In this document: in pieces, positions 12,450 to 25,864 of the stretch
How the letters are laid out: each line of letters opens with the position of its first letter
Numbering within the stretch: the stretch's first letter is position 1
Assembly (NCBI GenBank): GCA_002633005.1
Contig: NMRA01000149.1
Location: forward strand, 188,572 to 252,571
Reading direction: 5' to 3'
Source: Phoronis australis
Lineage: Eukaryota; Animalia; Phoronida
Length of the DNA stretch: 64,000 nucleotides
Position numbers and translations under genes: made by a program
Notes under the pieces: generated by a model
Told to the model about the DNA's origin: nothing
The model's input: the letters and a program-made list of their open reading frames with translations, nothing else
The model's database searches: none

Positions 12450-13430
12450 AATAACCCCTTGGTCGATTTTAATGAAACCTTTTTTAAGTGAAAACTTCAC
12501 CAGTTCCCTTAAAAACGTAGTTAGGAATTTTCAGTTTATAGTCTTTTCACTTGATTTCTACGACAAATCAACTCACAAAACGCAAGGTATTTTTGTAAAA
12601 AATAGAAGTCGTATTCGTCTTTGTTATATTACATAAAAACTAGGCCTTTATATCAAAAATCCTAACAGCGTTTTTGAGATTGATGAATAAATATCAAATT
12701 TGGAAAGTTTCAGCAAAATCCACCAAGCCGTTTTCGAGAACTTGTGTTCCTAAGTTCAAATTAAGTCAATCTGAGGCAAGCCCAGAAAAAGCCAATCATG
12801 TGACAAGACATGAAAATCTCAAGGACTTCGGTTAATTATTCAGTGAAAACTTGTTTTGGGTCAACATAACCTATACTACTCTTTGCTGTGTTCATTATTT
12901 CAACATCCACGCGCAATGTCAACTTAATTTCCTGTAACTAACTTAATTATCACAAATATGTTTAATCAGCCAAGTCGATTCCCATTGCATCGAGTCCCAC
13001 TAGGTCATTTGGGCGGGGCCAACCTGTTAATTGGGTTAAGCTAGTGCAATGTGGTGTAGTTTAAAGTAGGTCAACAGTTCATTGTTATACACACCATGTG
13101 CCATGTGACTGATATGAAATCCAAGTTTGAAATGGATAACAGAAATCAACTCAGTGGTTGAAGTGTGCGGTGAGCATGAGATCGAAACAGCGAAATATAA
13201 AATTACCTATCAAATTAAGGAATTCGGGTGAGGATTTAATTCCTTTCACAACTTGATGTGTTCGTGAACCGTTCAAAGTCACAGACGTGTGAGGCGACTG
13301 GTAGCATTCGCTCTCAAGGGTCGTATGCACGCAGGCACACATTACTCCCTCACGATCAAAACTATGTTTTGTCTTCATTTTCCCCAGCATCTTTCTATCC
13401 TATGTACATGTCGTTGACTCAATATTATGG
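12450..13430 (+). mobile_element. Dispersed ~1-kb repeat, copy 1 (unclassified non-autonomous element)
   Basis: Collinear with the reverse complement of 37790-38680 (e.g. cttggtcgattttaatgaaacc; gggtgaggatt; gtgttcgtgaac; actccctca). The two ORF-track peptides also share RTHQVVKG..SSPEFLNLIGN / RTQQVVKR..SSPKFINFIGN. Confidence 0.75.
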
Positions 13431-14181
13431 TGACTCGGTGAATGGACTGGAGAGTGCATACTTAGCTGTCTGTCATGGCAGGAGATTCAGTTTGAGTGAC
13501 AGCAGTTGTGTGGTTCCAAGGTGGTTCTACTAAATCTTTTTTGTAAATGTGAAAACAAAAAATTCTGAAAATAGGTGACCTTTGCACTAATGACCTACGT
13601 ACCTTGGGGGCTCACATAACCCGCATCATGTAGTGTTATTCCCCAACCCCACTTGACGATACTTACGGCTGAATCATCTGCGACAGATCATTTTCGACAC
13701 AAAACTCGTTCTTAAAAACATTTGGCAATTTTCAACCTACCTGTTACTTCATTTTCACATCATCAGTGTATGTTGTGTTTCTAACTAATTTGACCAGGCA
13801 AGCAATCATAGAGACAAGGAATTAGCTTGCAAGTTTCACTAATCAACAGACTTAAGTGTTTACGAAAGGAATTTAATGGGACCAGTGACTAAAACCAGGA
13901 ACTTGAGTTTTAAAAGTTGAAATTCTCGGTGTGAACAGGGGCAGTTAAATAAATGTTGTTCGTGTAGTAGGTATAACGTTGTTTAGTTGATGTGAACAAG
14001 ACAAACAGTGTTGGTTGGGATATGATATGTAGCACCTAATAATTACAGTAGTGAGCTTTGATATATACAGTGATTCATGCTCAGAACTTTGAGGAACAGA
14101 CTGGTGTACCACTATCATCTAATTGTTTGTAAAGAATATATGTTTTAAAATGAGTTTTTGACATGTGTGCCAATGTTTTAC

Positions 14182-14290
14182 CTGTTCAATGCACATAGAA
14201 GTGGTAATTTGTTGCTTTCGGCCAAGTCATAAATCTTCTTTATCCCCTCCACACTTTTGGACAGTGGCTTTTCACATAGCAATGCCTTCT
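14182..14290 (-). CDS. IolG-like oxidoreductase, coding exon 3
   Basis: ttttcag|AG...AAC AG|gtaaaa, 109 nt. Encodes KALLCEKPLSKSVEGIKKIYDLAESNKLPLLCALNR with the family CEKP motif. Confidence 0.92.
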
Positions 14291-16307
14291 CTGAAAAATA
14301 ATTTGAATTTCTACCCACGTGATTGTGAGACCTTGAACCTTTGACAGCATTCAAGATCTCATGAAGGTGATGCGTATGGTAGATCACATCAGCATGTGTG
14401 ATTAAACTGCATCATCACAAACATTATGGTAACATATGGTATTACATTTTACAAATATGGAACAATCTTGAAGGTGATGTTTGGTCATATGGTCCAAAGG
14501 AGAGCAATATTGTTTTCCCAGCAAGGGATCATTCTGTATTTGTTTTCCCGGCGAGGGATCATTCAGTATTTATTATATAAAATGCATCGTTTGCACAAAC
14601 TCCGTCTCCCCCACTCCACTACACACCTTCGTTGCGGCCGACTTTCGGCACCCCCTTGGTCTCAGGTATTGCACTGGCACCCTATTTGGATTCGAGGTGT
14701 TCTATTTTTTTCTTTTGGACTGTTTTTTTGCGGTCGCGAAGGGAGGGTGGCCAGTTTCATAATGGCCTTAGTCGGTCGGCTCAACGACCTGGGTGACTTC
14801 ACTCCGTCGGCTAAATTTCACTCCCTCCGGCTTCTGTCACGTATATAATTCATCAGGCCTGTCGCTGCCAAAATTAATGATGCCTCATTAAAAATTTTTG
14901 GTCTTCCTTGAGTAAACTAAATTATTTGTGTTGGAAAATTGGCGTTCTTCAGTTATTCTGCTGCTAAAATTGCGATGCCCTTTTGGGCGCCAATTTCCGT
15001 CACCTATTGGGCAATTTCCATGATATTCAATCAACTGTGAGGTTGCGTACCCCGGTACATTTCGTAAACTCGGAAGTGGTTTCATTTCATTACAAGATTT
15101 TACTATTTTAATACCAGAAAACGCAATTTCAGAACAAACTCTCGAGAGATGATGCAAAATTTTAAGAAATGGCGCGTATGTGCACGTCGCGAGTATGCAC
15201 TGTTTTCAAAACAACAGTCGGACAGATTTTCCTTTTTTACAAAAGGCAGAGAATTACGAAAAAAGTTTATTAGATTGTTTTACTTCTATCAACGGCTGTA
15301 ACAGGCAAGGTGAATGTCAGTTCATTCCCAGGTTCTGCATGCACCCCTGCAGGTTGTTAGCTTTAAGTTTCACGACGAGGTGCCAAGCTGAGCACCTGGG
15401 TTGTGTCGGTGTCCGATGGAGCAGTCTACACACGGCTACCTAGCTGTATGTTGATGACAGTCTTCATACAGCTAGCTGGCTTTCTACCTCAGTATGTACA
15501 TTTATGATGCAACTTTTGTAGTGTGCTGTACAATATTGTAAATGCATTCTTAGTTTTCACTTTAAAAGAGTTATATCTGATAACCGTACTTTGTGTTACG
15601 GCAGGGTCAAAAGTTCTCAGTGGAAAAAAATTTGTACTGCATGGGGAAAGAATCCCGCAGCCGCACAGTTTGCCTACTAAAATCTGATAGTGACAGAAAT
15701 TCTGCTTGAAGCTTTGAACACGGTCTCTTCAAGAAGTATTCCCGTCTCTTGCAATGAACACTCGGGTCACTCTTAGGTGAGCTATTTCCCTCCCGGCTCG
15801 GCGTTTCCCACTAGCTGCTACCAATGCAAACCCCCATGAGAGGCCTACCTCACGACCAGTGTCCATAGTAAGGTGGTTACGGGAACGAACAGGTGCATGA
15901 CTTTTGTGAGAAATCAAGCTAATATAATGCACTATGAGCCTGAAAACCACAATCTTGATAAGATCTACACAACCACAAATGCTCAAGAGAACAAAATCTG
16001 AAAGTTGGTGTTGACTTGTCTCTCTGTAATTATCATATGCAATCCACTATGAACAGGCTAATCACTCAGACATGAACAGACTAATGCACCCATACAATCA
16101 TTGCTCCAACAACAAAACAATGTTCAGCTGAAGTAATACACACATTTGCAAAATGTATGAACATGACAATTAAAAAATTACCATAAATGGTCTGTGTTGC
16201 TCTTTATTTCCTTTGGTTCGATAAACAACACATAACGAGCCTTCAGAAGAATGACCAAAACAAGATTGACCTACTTGAATAGTGAGGTCACACTGAATTT
16301 GTCACAA

Positions 16308-16728
16308 AAATACAAATTGTGGATTTTTCTTTTTGTTTAAAGACTGTTGTTTGCTGATTTTTATGTTAGTTGAACTAATTTAGCACTGTCTTCCAATGCT
16401 AAGTGGTTGTAGTGTTGTTTACCAGCAATGCTAGCAAGCAGGCTAGACATTATCAATATTAAGGTTTGTAAGCCCTGTTGCATTTGGCAAGATTTTTTTT
16501 ACAAAACTCACGCTTCACCATTCCTGCACAAGCCCCGAACCACCTCACAATGGACACTGACTGTGTGGTAGGCCCTTCATTGGCAATGTAGCCTGTAGGC
16601 AAGCGTTGCTGGCTGGTAATCAACACAATAACCACTTATCGTCGAAAGATGTTGCCAGATTCGTTAACAGCATAAAAATCAGCGAAGGACAGTATTTAAA
16701 CAAAAAAATTCACCCACAAGTAGTATTT
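16308..16728. mobile_element. Old foldback element/MITE with ~150-bp imperfect inverted arms
   Basis: tttttgtttaaagactg...gctgatttttatg pairs with cataaaaatcagc...cagtatttaaacaaaaa; taagtggttgtagtgttgtttaccagc pairs with gctggtaatcaacacaataaccactta. Confidence 0.75.
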
Positions 16729-16851
16729 CCCAGTACTGATGTGTTGAGTTCAGCATAGTATAGTGAGTGCATAGCATTTCAGACTTCTTTCTCATGAGCA
16801 TCTATGGTAATGTGATTAACTAGTACATGGCAGAAACAGACAGCAACTTAC

Positions 16852-16922
16852 TGCTGGTTAGAGCCTTCAGACAAACTTCTTCATGATTTTCAGTTGGTGT
16901 ACATACAAACACAGCATCCACA
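16852..16922 (-). CDS. IolG-like oxidoreductase, coding exon 2
   Basis: ttgcag|T GTG...AGC A|gtaagt, 71 nt. Encodes VDAVFVCTPTENHEEVCLKALTS (D-A-V-x-V-x-T-P-x3-H motif). This reading frame is not in the ORF track. Confidence 0.9.
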
Positions 16923-17596
16923 CTGCAAGGTAAAGTTGTACATGTTTACAAAAGCCAGAAACTTGACATTCAGCACGCTCGTTGTCTCTATGCTTATAGA
17001 TATTGTGTTTGCTTGCACTAGAGTTTCTGACCAGCTGTCACAAGAAATGGTTTGCAACTTTGCTACTAAATTGCAAGCCATACTATTTCTTGGAAGAACT
17101 CAAGTTTTTTTCTCATCAATCCACAAGAACGGAGATTCTAAGTTTCCAAATCTTAACAAACTGACGATTCACCCTTCCATACTAAAACAAGATAACCCAT
17201 GTACGTGCTATATCCATTGACTTTGCTGGAGGTATAGTGAAAAATACCACCAACAGGTGCATGAGTGCATACGTTGCCATCGTCGTATCAATATTGAGTT
17301 TACATTGTAACACAGGTAAAAACAATCTGGGCTTCATAAGTCACCCAGTCACCTCTAACACAGGTACTCAAGTGTCCCAAACTCCCTCTGTAATAACCAA
17401 GGTAAGCGTAAAAACAAATCAAAAATCATTTTTCACATTTCTTGTTGATCAAAAATAGTGTTTAAAGCACTTTAAACTTAGAATGCATTAAATTTTGAAC
17501 AATTTCTAGAACACAAAAATGACTCAAGATGGTTCTAATCCACACCTCTACTGTAACACTATACAATCAAGTTTTTGCTCCCTTGCACTGTACTAC

Positions 17597-17823
17597 CTGG
17601 AGTCCTCAAAAACTTTATCGCAGTCACTGTATGGTACAGCAGTGATGTGTGTAGCTCTTTGCTCTTCCAAAAATGACCTCAATCGCTCAACATCCAGATC
17701 AACCACATAGAGTATATTGGCTCTAATGTTGTTCACCAAGTTTGGAAAGTGAATGCCAGCCCCAGCCCGACCCAATCCAAACAGAGCAAAGTTCACTATC
17801 TTCCTCTCAGTAGATTGACTCAT
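17597..17823 (-). CDS. IolG-like oxidoreductase, first coding exon (Rossmann fold)
   Basis: cttacag|A ATG; MSQSTERKIVNFALFGLGRAG...ILYVVDLD...KVFEDS; donor AG|gtagta. The six exons total 1032 nt (343 aa plus stop). The acceptor 1 nt before the ATG implies an upstream non-coding exon. Confidence 0.9.
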
Positions 17824-20739
17824 TCTGTAAGAGGTCAGCGTCAAATTATCTTGTGCTCTACGGTTCAGCTGTAGGGATACTGTTGCGAAAACTACACTGT
17901 AAAATAACATCAATATCTGATTAAAAATTGCCAAATTATTTATGGTAAAGCTTCTTCAAATTAGAACAAAATACAAAGAAACACTGCAATTTTATTTCAT
18001 CAAAATTTTCAATAAGAGTAAACAAGAAGACAATTTTACTTTATTATTTGAAAACTTTATATAACACAACTGTCATCAGCAAACACACAATAAAATTATG
18101 AATATTTTGGCAATACAGCATCATCTGAAAAATGAAAAAATGGCAATTTTGGTGATTGTTCGAATTTGAGGAAACTTTGTCATAATACATTGTTTAAAAC
18201 TTCTTACATGTTTGTCAATGCCCACAATTTCTCAAAGCATAGTTTGATGTCTGATGATAGCCACAGACCTTAAAATGGTTAAAGCTTTATTTGGTGCTAC
18301 TGATCTCACATCGGCCATTGTGCAAAAAACATCAAATTGAATATTCAATTCCATTACTCTGCCACTTTGTGTCAAGTAAGTTGGTGACATTTTACATGAT
18401 GAAATCAGTTTTCTACAATTCCAGCAAGATACTCCAAACTCTTCTTACAATTAAGACTGGTTTGCACTGCCTTTTGACTCTCATCATTCTGGGCTAGCTT
18501 GTTGTTATTCACTAATCCATAGGGGTAATAAAACAATCAGCCAGGACCAGGAACCCTTTATAAAGCTATGTTTAGTTACACAGCCCAACTGGGACAGTTG
18601 TAGGACTAAGAGCATTGACATACAATCATCTGCAAAATTCTAACCACAATGCAGGGGCTAGTTACCCCCTCCAAACCCAAAATATGTTTGTTGTACAGTG
18701 GAGATCCCTAAACTAATGAAGTGGCAACTACTCAGTTGTCAGCAAGTCAAGTCCTTTGGATGCTATTTAAAGTTGTGATTTCACTTAAGGTAAAAATTCT
18801 GCAATTCTCCAGTTCGGTACACAAGATGGCAGACAAGTGAAATTTCGTTTTGTCAAATTTCTCAAGAAAAATAACTTTTCAGGAAAATTGACTTTGCTTT
18901 TAACAAAGTTTGTAAGGCATAGTTATTACCAAACAACATTTGGTAAAATTCTTAACATTTGCAACAATGTGGTGAGCCTCTGAAAAAAAGATATTTGGCA
19001 ATTATAGCAATTATTTTTGTACCAAATTGAAAAATTTTGACCAAAACAACTAAAATAAATACTAATGGTGAGTGGTTTAGAAAGAAAAACCTTTTAAGCA
19101 AGAAAAATGAACTTTGAGCTATCTATGCACTGTCCATCCAAGAGCATGTGGTCATAAATGATGGGAAAAGCCCACTGCTGCAATTTTTGACCAAAACAAC
19201 TAAAACAAATACTAATGGTGAGTGGTTTAGAAAGAAAAACCTACATGTACTCAAAAAATATTAAAAAATCAGACTCTGGTGTAATTTTTATATTTCTGGT
19301 ACAAAAATATACATGGCAATTTGGTTATTTGATGCAGTGGTGTACATACCAAAGAAACACATGGGAACTTAATACTAGTACAGCCCCTGCCTTATGATGT
19401 CAGAAGGCAAAAACATATTGAATGTTACCAGGCCCAACAACACGGAGTTCTACTTTGGAATCAACTGAGGAACAATGTTAGGTGTTGTACTGACATAGAA
19501 ACAAGTCATTTTATTTATAGTCGGTTAAGTAAAACAAGAGGAAAAAACATTAGCCATAGGCTAGTACACCGACAAATAAGTACATAAGTTATAAAATAAA
19601 TAAATTTAAAATACTACATACAACTTGTAGTTGTAGAATGTCAAGTTTTTTAAACAAGAATGCACTCCCTGCCAGAGTTGTGCTCCATGTGTCTTTTGTT
19701 GTAAATTAAGTCATTTACTACATCTTTGTACATACTCATGGCATTAGCAGTTTTCCCGTGACAATTTTGGATTTGGAGGGGAGCTAGGAACCAGTAAGAG
19801 ATACAGGTTCCTAGGAGAGAGTAATTAGCACAATATCTATGATGTAATTACCTATCAGGGATGGGTTCACAATTAACTGACTTCTACTAAGTTGTTTTGA
19901 TATTCCGTTTAAACCTGGGAGTAATATTGATATTGGTCCTAGGTTTAAACACAGAATAAAAGGATAGCAACCTTCACCCGTAAGAAAAAAAACAAGTAGA
20001 CAGGAGTATTAAAATAAAGTAATGAACACAGGTATGAAGCATATTTAAAACAGGTGAAGCATATTTAAAACCATTTTGGGAAGTGTCAAGATCGACACAA
20101 ATTACTTTTTAGTCTTTTTAATGGATTTAAGATGTACCAAGTTAAAACTGCTCTCCACATTGCAGACTTTAACTCTGTGCAAATGCCAGAGAAAAACAAT
20201 TTGTGCGTAATAACAACCACCATTGTTAAGAAAGTAGTGCTAGCTATTACCTATCCACTTCATTAGCTCAAATCCACATTATACAAAAGTTTTCTGGGGC
20301 TTGGATTGGAAATCAGAGCGGTGACCAGTGTAAGCGAGAAATTCTCCACATGTCGCCCGAGGGGCTACGTTGCCTAACAAGAACAGGTAAACTGTAACCA
20401 TTGACTATATCTATGGTGTAACAGTAACCCTACTAGGCCTAGCTTTCGGAGTGGTGGACCTTCCTTAGACCATAGACTAACGAGTAGGCATATCTATGCT
20501 TAGACTTAGTCTAGTCTAGGAACAAGTAGTCATAGTGAACCTTCATAGACATAGTCACTAGTAGTGCCATGTAGAGGTCTAAAGCACGCCCAAATAATGG
20601 TATACGCGTGCTATCAGTAAGTAAGCCATTTCCCCAGTCTGTAAATACTTATTTACTAATGGGTTACGTGTCTAATTTTACAGTTTTGTAACTATACGAA
20701 CCCAATGATGAACAGGGACAGCCGTCAGCAGTAGGCTGA

Positions 20740-20830
20740 CTGTGAACTTTGGTGCGCTGGCCGACAAGCACGATAATCACTTCTTGTTTAGCAGCGCCAT
20801 CTATTCTAGTTCTCGGAAACTACAGTTGCA
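20740..20830 (-). promoter_or_regulatory. Candidate promoter of the IolG-like gene
   Basis: Locally CpG-richer patch between the SPSB poly(A) site and the first IolG-like coding exon, with gcagcgccatct (YY1/CTCF-like) and tctcggaaactacagtt (ACTACA, ZNF143/THAP11-like). Inference only. Confidence 0.35.
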
Positions 20831-21430
20831 CCATGCATTCAATATGGGTGCTCTTACCAGTGATTTTGCATAAAACGTGCACTCGTGTATGAGACATCTA
20901 TTTTTAAAAGTTTCCAAAAAGCTGCTGTAGCATTGTAAATTTTTCATTTTATTCTGTAAATGTTTTTGTATTTTCTAATTTCCATGGTTATAAAAATAAT
21001 AAGAAAAATAGGAAAGTAACATTTTTAGTAGACTTCAGCTGATAAATGTTGTGAATAAAATTAGAATGCTTTGGTGGGTCAAGAATCGTTACATATCATT
21101 AAAATATCAGAAACACAAAATTAGTCCAATTATGATAACACAAACTCGACATTTCTGGAGATATTTTCACGTGGAAGGTCAAGTCATAGGCATTTCACAA
21201 CTACTGCAGGGGTGACATCAATTTTATTTGGTGAGGTGTTTTGACCTGAAATTTTATGAGCTTTGTCTGAGTGAATTATGAACTATCAGTTCTGCCCAAG
21301 CCAAAAGATCACTTCTAAAGTGAGTAAAGAACAAGTCAAGATCCAATTTCCAATGGTAAATGGCCTGAATCAAAACTGTTTTTGACAAAAAGTGTAATTT
21401 TGTTTCTCGAGAGCTTGTCCCCAGTTTCAA

Positions 21431-21495
21431 TGTGTGTGCGTGTGTGCCCATGTGTGTGCCCATGTGTGTGCGTGTGTGCCCATGTGTGTGGTGTG
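21431..21495. repeat. Compound (TG)n/tgtgtgtgccca microsatellite
   Basis: Seen directly. Confidence 0.9.
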
Positions 21496-21956
21496 CATGC
21501 AGACATTGTATGTGTTTTCAGAAATATTTCAGAAGGAAATGGGTTCTCTGTGGTCACATTCCTACACTTTTGAGTAATGCTTAAACTCTTCAGTTGTCAC
21601 AACTAATTCTTGGAAAGGGAACCATCAGTTTGTCCAAATAAATTGTGTATGCAGCACTTCACTCAAACTGACAAGACATTAAAGTTGGGGTTCAATGGAT
21701 AACAAAGACTGTCATAGTGGATTCAGAGAAGCCATTTAACTGCTTGGTACAATTTCACTAACTTAGGACACTCTACGTGCACTGAAACAAACTTTACTAT
21801 TATTACTAAACTACTGTTTTCAATTCTTGCTTAGAGTGCAGAACTTTTTGATTTTATTTTTATATGTGTTTACTGCAACACCATACCTGGGCCTTATAAC
21901 AAATATTGGCACCCAATAAAATGCACACGAAAACACATGACAATTGTTTTCAAAAT

Positions 21957-21962
21957 TTTATT
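21957..21962 (-). terminator. Probable SPSB polyadenylation signal (implies a ~2.2-kb 3' UTR)
   Basis: tttatt (AATAAA on the minus strand) followed on that strand by a TG/T-rich tract; 21960-24196 has no obvious repeats, as expected for a UTR. Confidence 0.45.
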
Positions 21963-24196
21963 ATAATACAAATAAATCGATGAACATTAACACAATATGA
22001 GAATGGTCTGAATGAGACATGACACTTGACTTGTGACAATACTACAAGCTTCTCTCCCCACTTTCTACCACTAAATAAAACTACAACTTAACATGTATTC
22101 ACACAAAGGTTATCAAAATTTTCCAAAAAGAACACCCCCCACACATTGTAAGACTAGTAGAGCACTGCCTCTCAAAATAAGAACATTAAAATGCTTTTCA
22201 ATGAGAAGAAAATGCCAGTATAAACAAATCTTAAGCCACACCAAAAGAATCCTATTTTTCAAAGGAATTTATGGAATCTATGTCAAATGAGTATTTCAGG
22301 ACTTGTGGACTTTTCACTGCACTATCTAGCTAACACTAACACTAACTGTCTCCAGCCAGTCTACAGTCACCATGCCAAGACCAATAATATTGCCTAATGA
22401 GAGCTCTCTGATGGTTGATATCAGAAAACCTAACATGTGTTTTCAGGTTGCTCACAGCTTGGTTATAAATGTATACTCTTGCATTGCTAGTGGTCATTGC
22501 ACATAGAAATGGATTGATAATGGATCGCAGGCACAAATATAATTTTGATCAGAGCATGCATCAAACAAATTCGAATCTTGTAGGAATATATTGAGCTTCC
22601 TTCATGAAGTCGCAGTGCTTTGAATACCATTCACTCGTAATGCTCCTCATTTAATTCTCTAAATGCGACACTTCATGAAATAGACTATAGTGCATGCTAT
22701 AAGCTGATGCCGGGAATAAACACAATTCGCGCTCGAGATGCACGCTCACAAGTCAACGGTTGCTATGCAATCAGAATTGATACAAACTGAGCACCAATAA
22801 CAAGAACAACAATTAAACATTGGCCCCGGAACATGAACATCACTTGCACACTGAATGCAAAACTGAGCAAAGCCACAAAGTACCAGACGACGGCAAATGT
22901 ACATCTCAGGAAAATACAAACGCTTCTTCCTAAGTATCAGATCAAACTCGGCAGCCGCAATAATTGACAATTTAATCATTGCTTGTGAGATCATTATCAT
23001 TCACAAGTAGATGAAGAATATGTTAAAACAGTAAAGCATCTTGGGAAATGTGAATTCAGAGTTGTTTGTGGCAAGCTGAACTGACAAATGTGAAGTGAAA
23101 TTGTGACCGTCGACTCGTTCATTGTAATGGCCAGCAATAAATAACCTGCTCAAAGACATGGCACGCAAAGTGAAAACAAAATACAACACAGTCTTTTCTG
23201 TAATAATAAATGTACATTGAGAACAGAAAATGGATGGAATGACAAAATGTTCACCAGACAACTTCCAATTGAGGTTTTCTAACATTGCATAACATCCAAC
23301 TAACAGTGACAGCTTGGAATCTGATTTTCAATATTTAGCATTCTTATTCCAAGTCACTGGCACTGCCGTTATTTACATCCAAAGGGAAAATGCACAAATT
23401 TCCCTAGACTGCCAAAATAAAACCTGGTCAAAAATGTAAAACAGAGTGAATGTTCACTGAATTTTTGAAGCGCAGTAACCAACGCTGTTTTAATATTCCT
23501 ATAAAATGCCAGTTAGGGATAATGTTACGTTGTTATGGCAACAGAATATCTAAAACACTACAATAAGACTACATAACCTAGTATAAATAGGCAAAACACT
23601 AAAACTTAGTCACAAATAAATTAATAGGGACAAGACTTATTGCACTGAACGTGTCTGAGGCTTCCAAATTAAAACCTAGAAAACACTTTGAGTGATTCTC
23701 ACCAGTACTCTGCCAACAGACAGTCTTTAAAATGACAATGATAATCTGTGGAAACAACAAGACAGCAACATTACATGACTTTTCTGTGAAACAATAAAAG
23801 AATTGTGGTTGTCTCATAATATAAAAAAAATCTCAAACCCATTACAAGGGAAATAATAGCTGATTTTTTAAAGTTGACAGATCAACCATAGTTATTGTTA
23901 CTAGGGTAATACAACATGAGCAAAACTGACTCCCTTGCTGAGGGCGCCTACTAAGTCAAAGTGCCAATTTCTGTTTTGTCTACGTTCAGGATGTAGTAAG
24001 CTTCAACCTGTGACATTTGAACATTTGATGTTGAAACAAACCACAAGCCGGGTGTATGGTACTCTTAAAATACTGATTTGAGATCAGGCATTGTTTGAAT
24101 TCAGATAGTCACTGGCACTGTTCTACACTGGAAAACGGATGGAAGGACCTCTGTTGGATGACAAGGGAAGAGCACATGACCCTAGACATGATCAGG

Positions 24197-24327
24197 TTAA
24201 CTCTGATACAGAAGGTAGCCCTTTATAGTGGTGGGAAGTGGAAGCTTGTAGATGTCACGCAGTTTGTCACGGCCCAGTTCCTTTCGGATTGTACGCCTAC
24301 AGATGTCCATGAGAGGTAGTGGTTCAG
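24197..24327 (-). CDS. SPSB1: SPRY domain-containing SOCS box protein (SPSB1/4, gustavus orthologue), SOCS-box exon
   Basis: tcaacag|CT GAA..., 131 nt. Encodes (P)EPLPLMDICRRTIRKELGRDKLRDIYKLPLPTTIKGYLLYQS*, with the BC box and the LPLP Cul5 box. Confidence 0.95.
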
Positions 24328-25864
24328 CTGTTGATAAAATGAAACATTATCAATTATTGTTGTCAAAATAACAATTACTGTTATGACGGTTTAAGATATG
24401 GCTTAAGGTCAATTAAAGTAAAAAATGGCTCAACATAGCCTCCTTCTTCATAGGTGGTATGGTAGTCGATGACTAGTCTATCTTGTTAAAACCTCTTCTA
24501 AAATTTTATACGATTCTATATTTCATGGTAACCAAATTTAACAATAATGGGAAATATTCACTTTCTGCGCCAACGCAATGAAAAATTAACGTAATTTTTC
24601 ATTTATCCACACAAAAATATTTAACAAACTGTCACCATTTTTCAAAGGCTGCAACTGTTGGAAACTGCCAATTTTCTTTGCATACAATGAACTAAGCTAA
24701 CAGACTGAAAAATTAAATCTACTCTTGTTGAGTAATTCAAAAAAATAAAATTTCACTTATGGAGCATGAGTGAGGTAAAATTCTCTAACTCCCATTACAA
24801 TGTGAAATACATGGAACTGACGTCACCAACACAAACATGTAGTCTACAACAACTTAATAGACCATATTATTTTGTCACTGACCGTGGATCATTTGCGTCA
24901 CCAAAACGACAATTGACTGATATGAACCAATAAAACTAAGAATTAGGATTACAACCGATTACTTCTGAGAAATTTGTTTTCACACTAGCAGAAAAAATTT
25001 CAAGAAAAATGCAATTATGATCAGACGTTCATGGTTCACATAAAGTAACATCTAGACTAAGCAAACAAACGGCAATTCGAAGTTCTTGTTCCACAATTTA
25101 CATCATTAATTTTTTATTTTACTCTCACTTTTACATTTTATATAATCATGTGGATCTAACAACTTGAAAAAACTCATTTTCATCATTGAATTCAAGAACA
25201 TGCCAAAGCCATAAATTTAGGAAATTACGTATGATTCTTACTAATTGTTGCAGTTGAGAAAAAGTCTTGGCTATTTAAAGACATCAAAACATTCAGTAAG
25301 GAGAAAACAGTATGGTGTTTACTGCTGCTTTTTCAAAAACATTTGAAATCAGGAAAATAAAAAAGTAGTCAACAAGGTTTATTGCTTGCCGCCACCCTCT
25401 CTGTAATCAGCCTGGTATCATTGGTATGCTGGCAACATGATGGGTCAAACCCCGTATATCACATCAAGAGTTGTGTTAACATACATAAACATAAGGTGTG
25501 TAGATGGGCTTGACAGCTATGAGGCAGGAAGATAATCAATCCAGAAAAAAAAGAATTACCTCGTCTGTGATATGAGCTATATCATTGTATTTTTCTCATG
25601 TCAAGAAGGCTCTGTTGTCAAGTTAACACAAGACAGTTTTTTAATACTCTTTTTAGATATTACGGTTTCTCAACCCTCAAATAGTTAACAAATTACACTA
25701 AAATTACACCAGAGAATTGCAGCTCATCTCTTTCGAAGTTTTACACTGAGGATAAATTTCTGCCGTCTCTTGTTGCTAAGCCCATGAGAGAGATGCTAAC
25801 AATATGGATTCTTGAACACAATGTATGTATGATTCATGAACAAGCCCCAAGACACAACACTTAC

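Noticed and set aside
14426-15443. Several 87-140-aa ORFs in a CpG-richer intronic patch
   Set aside because: No recognisable protein motifs; probably the interior of an unclassified transposon whose ends could not be defined.
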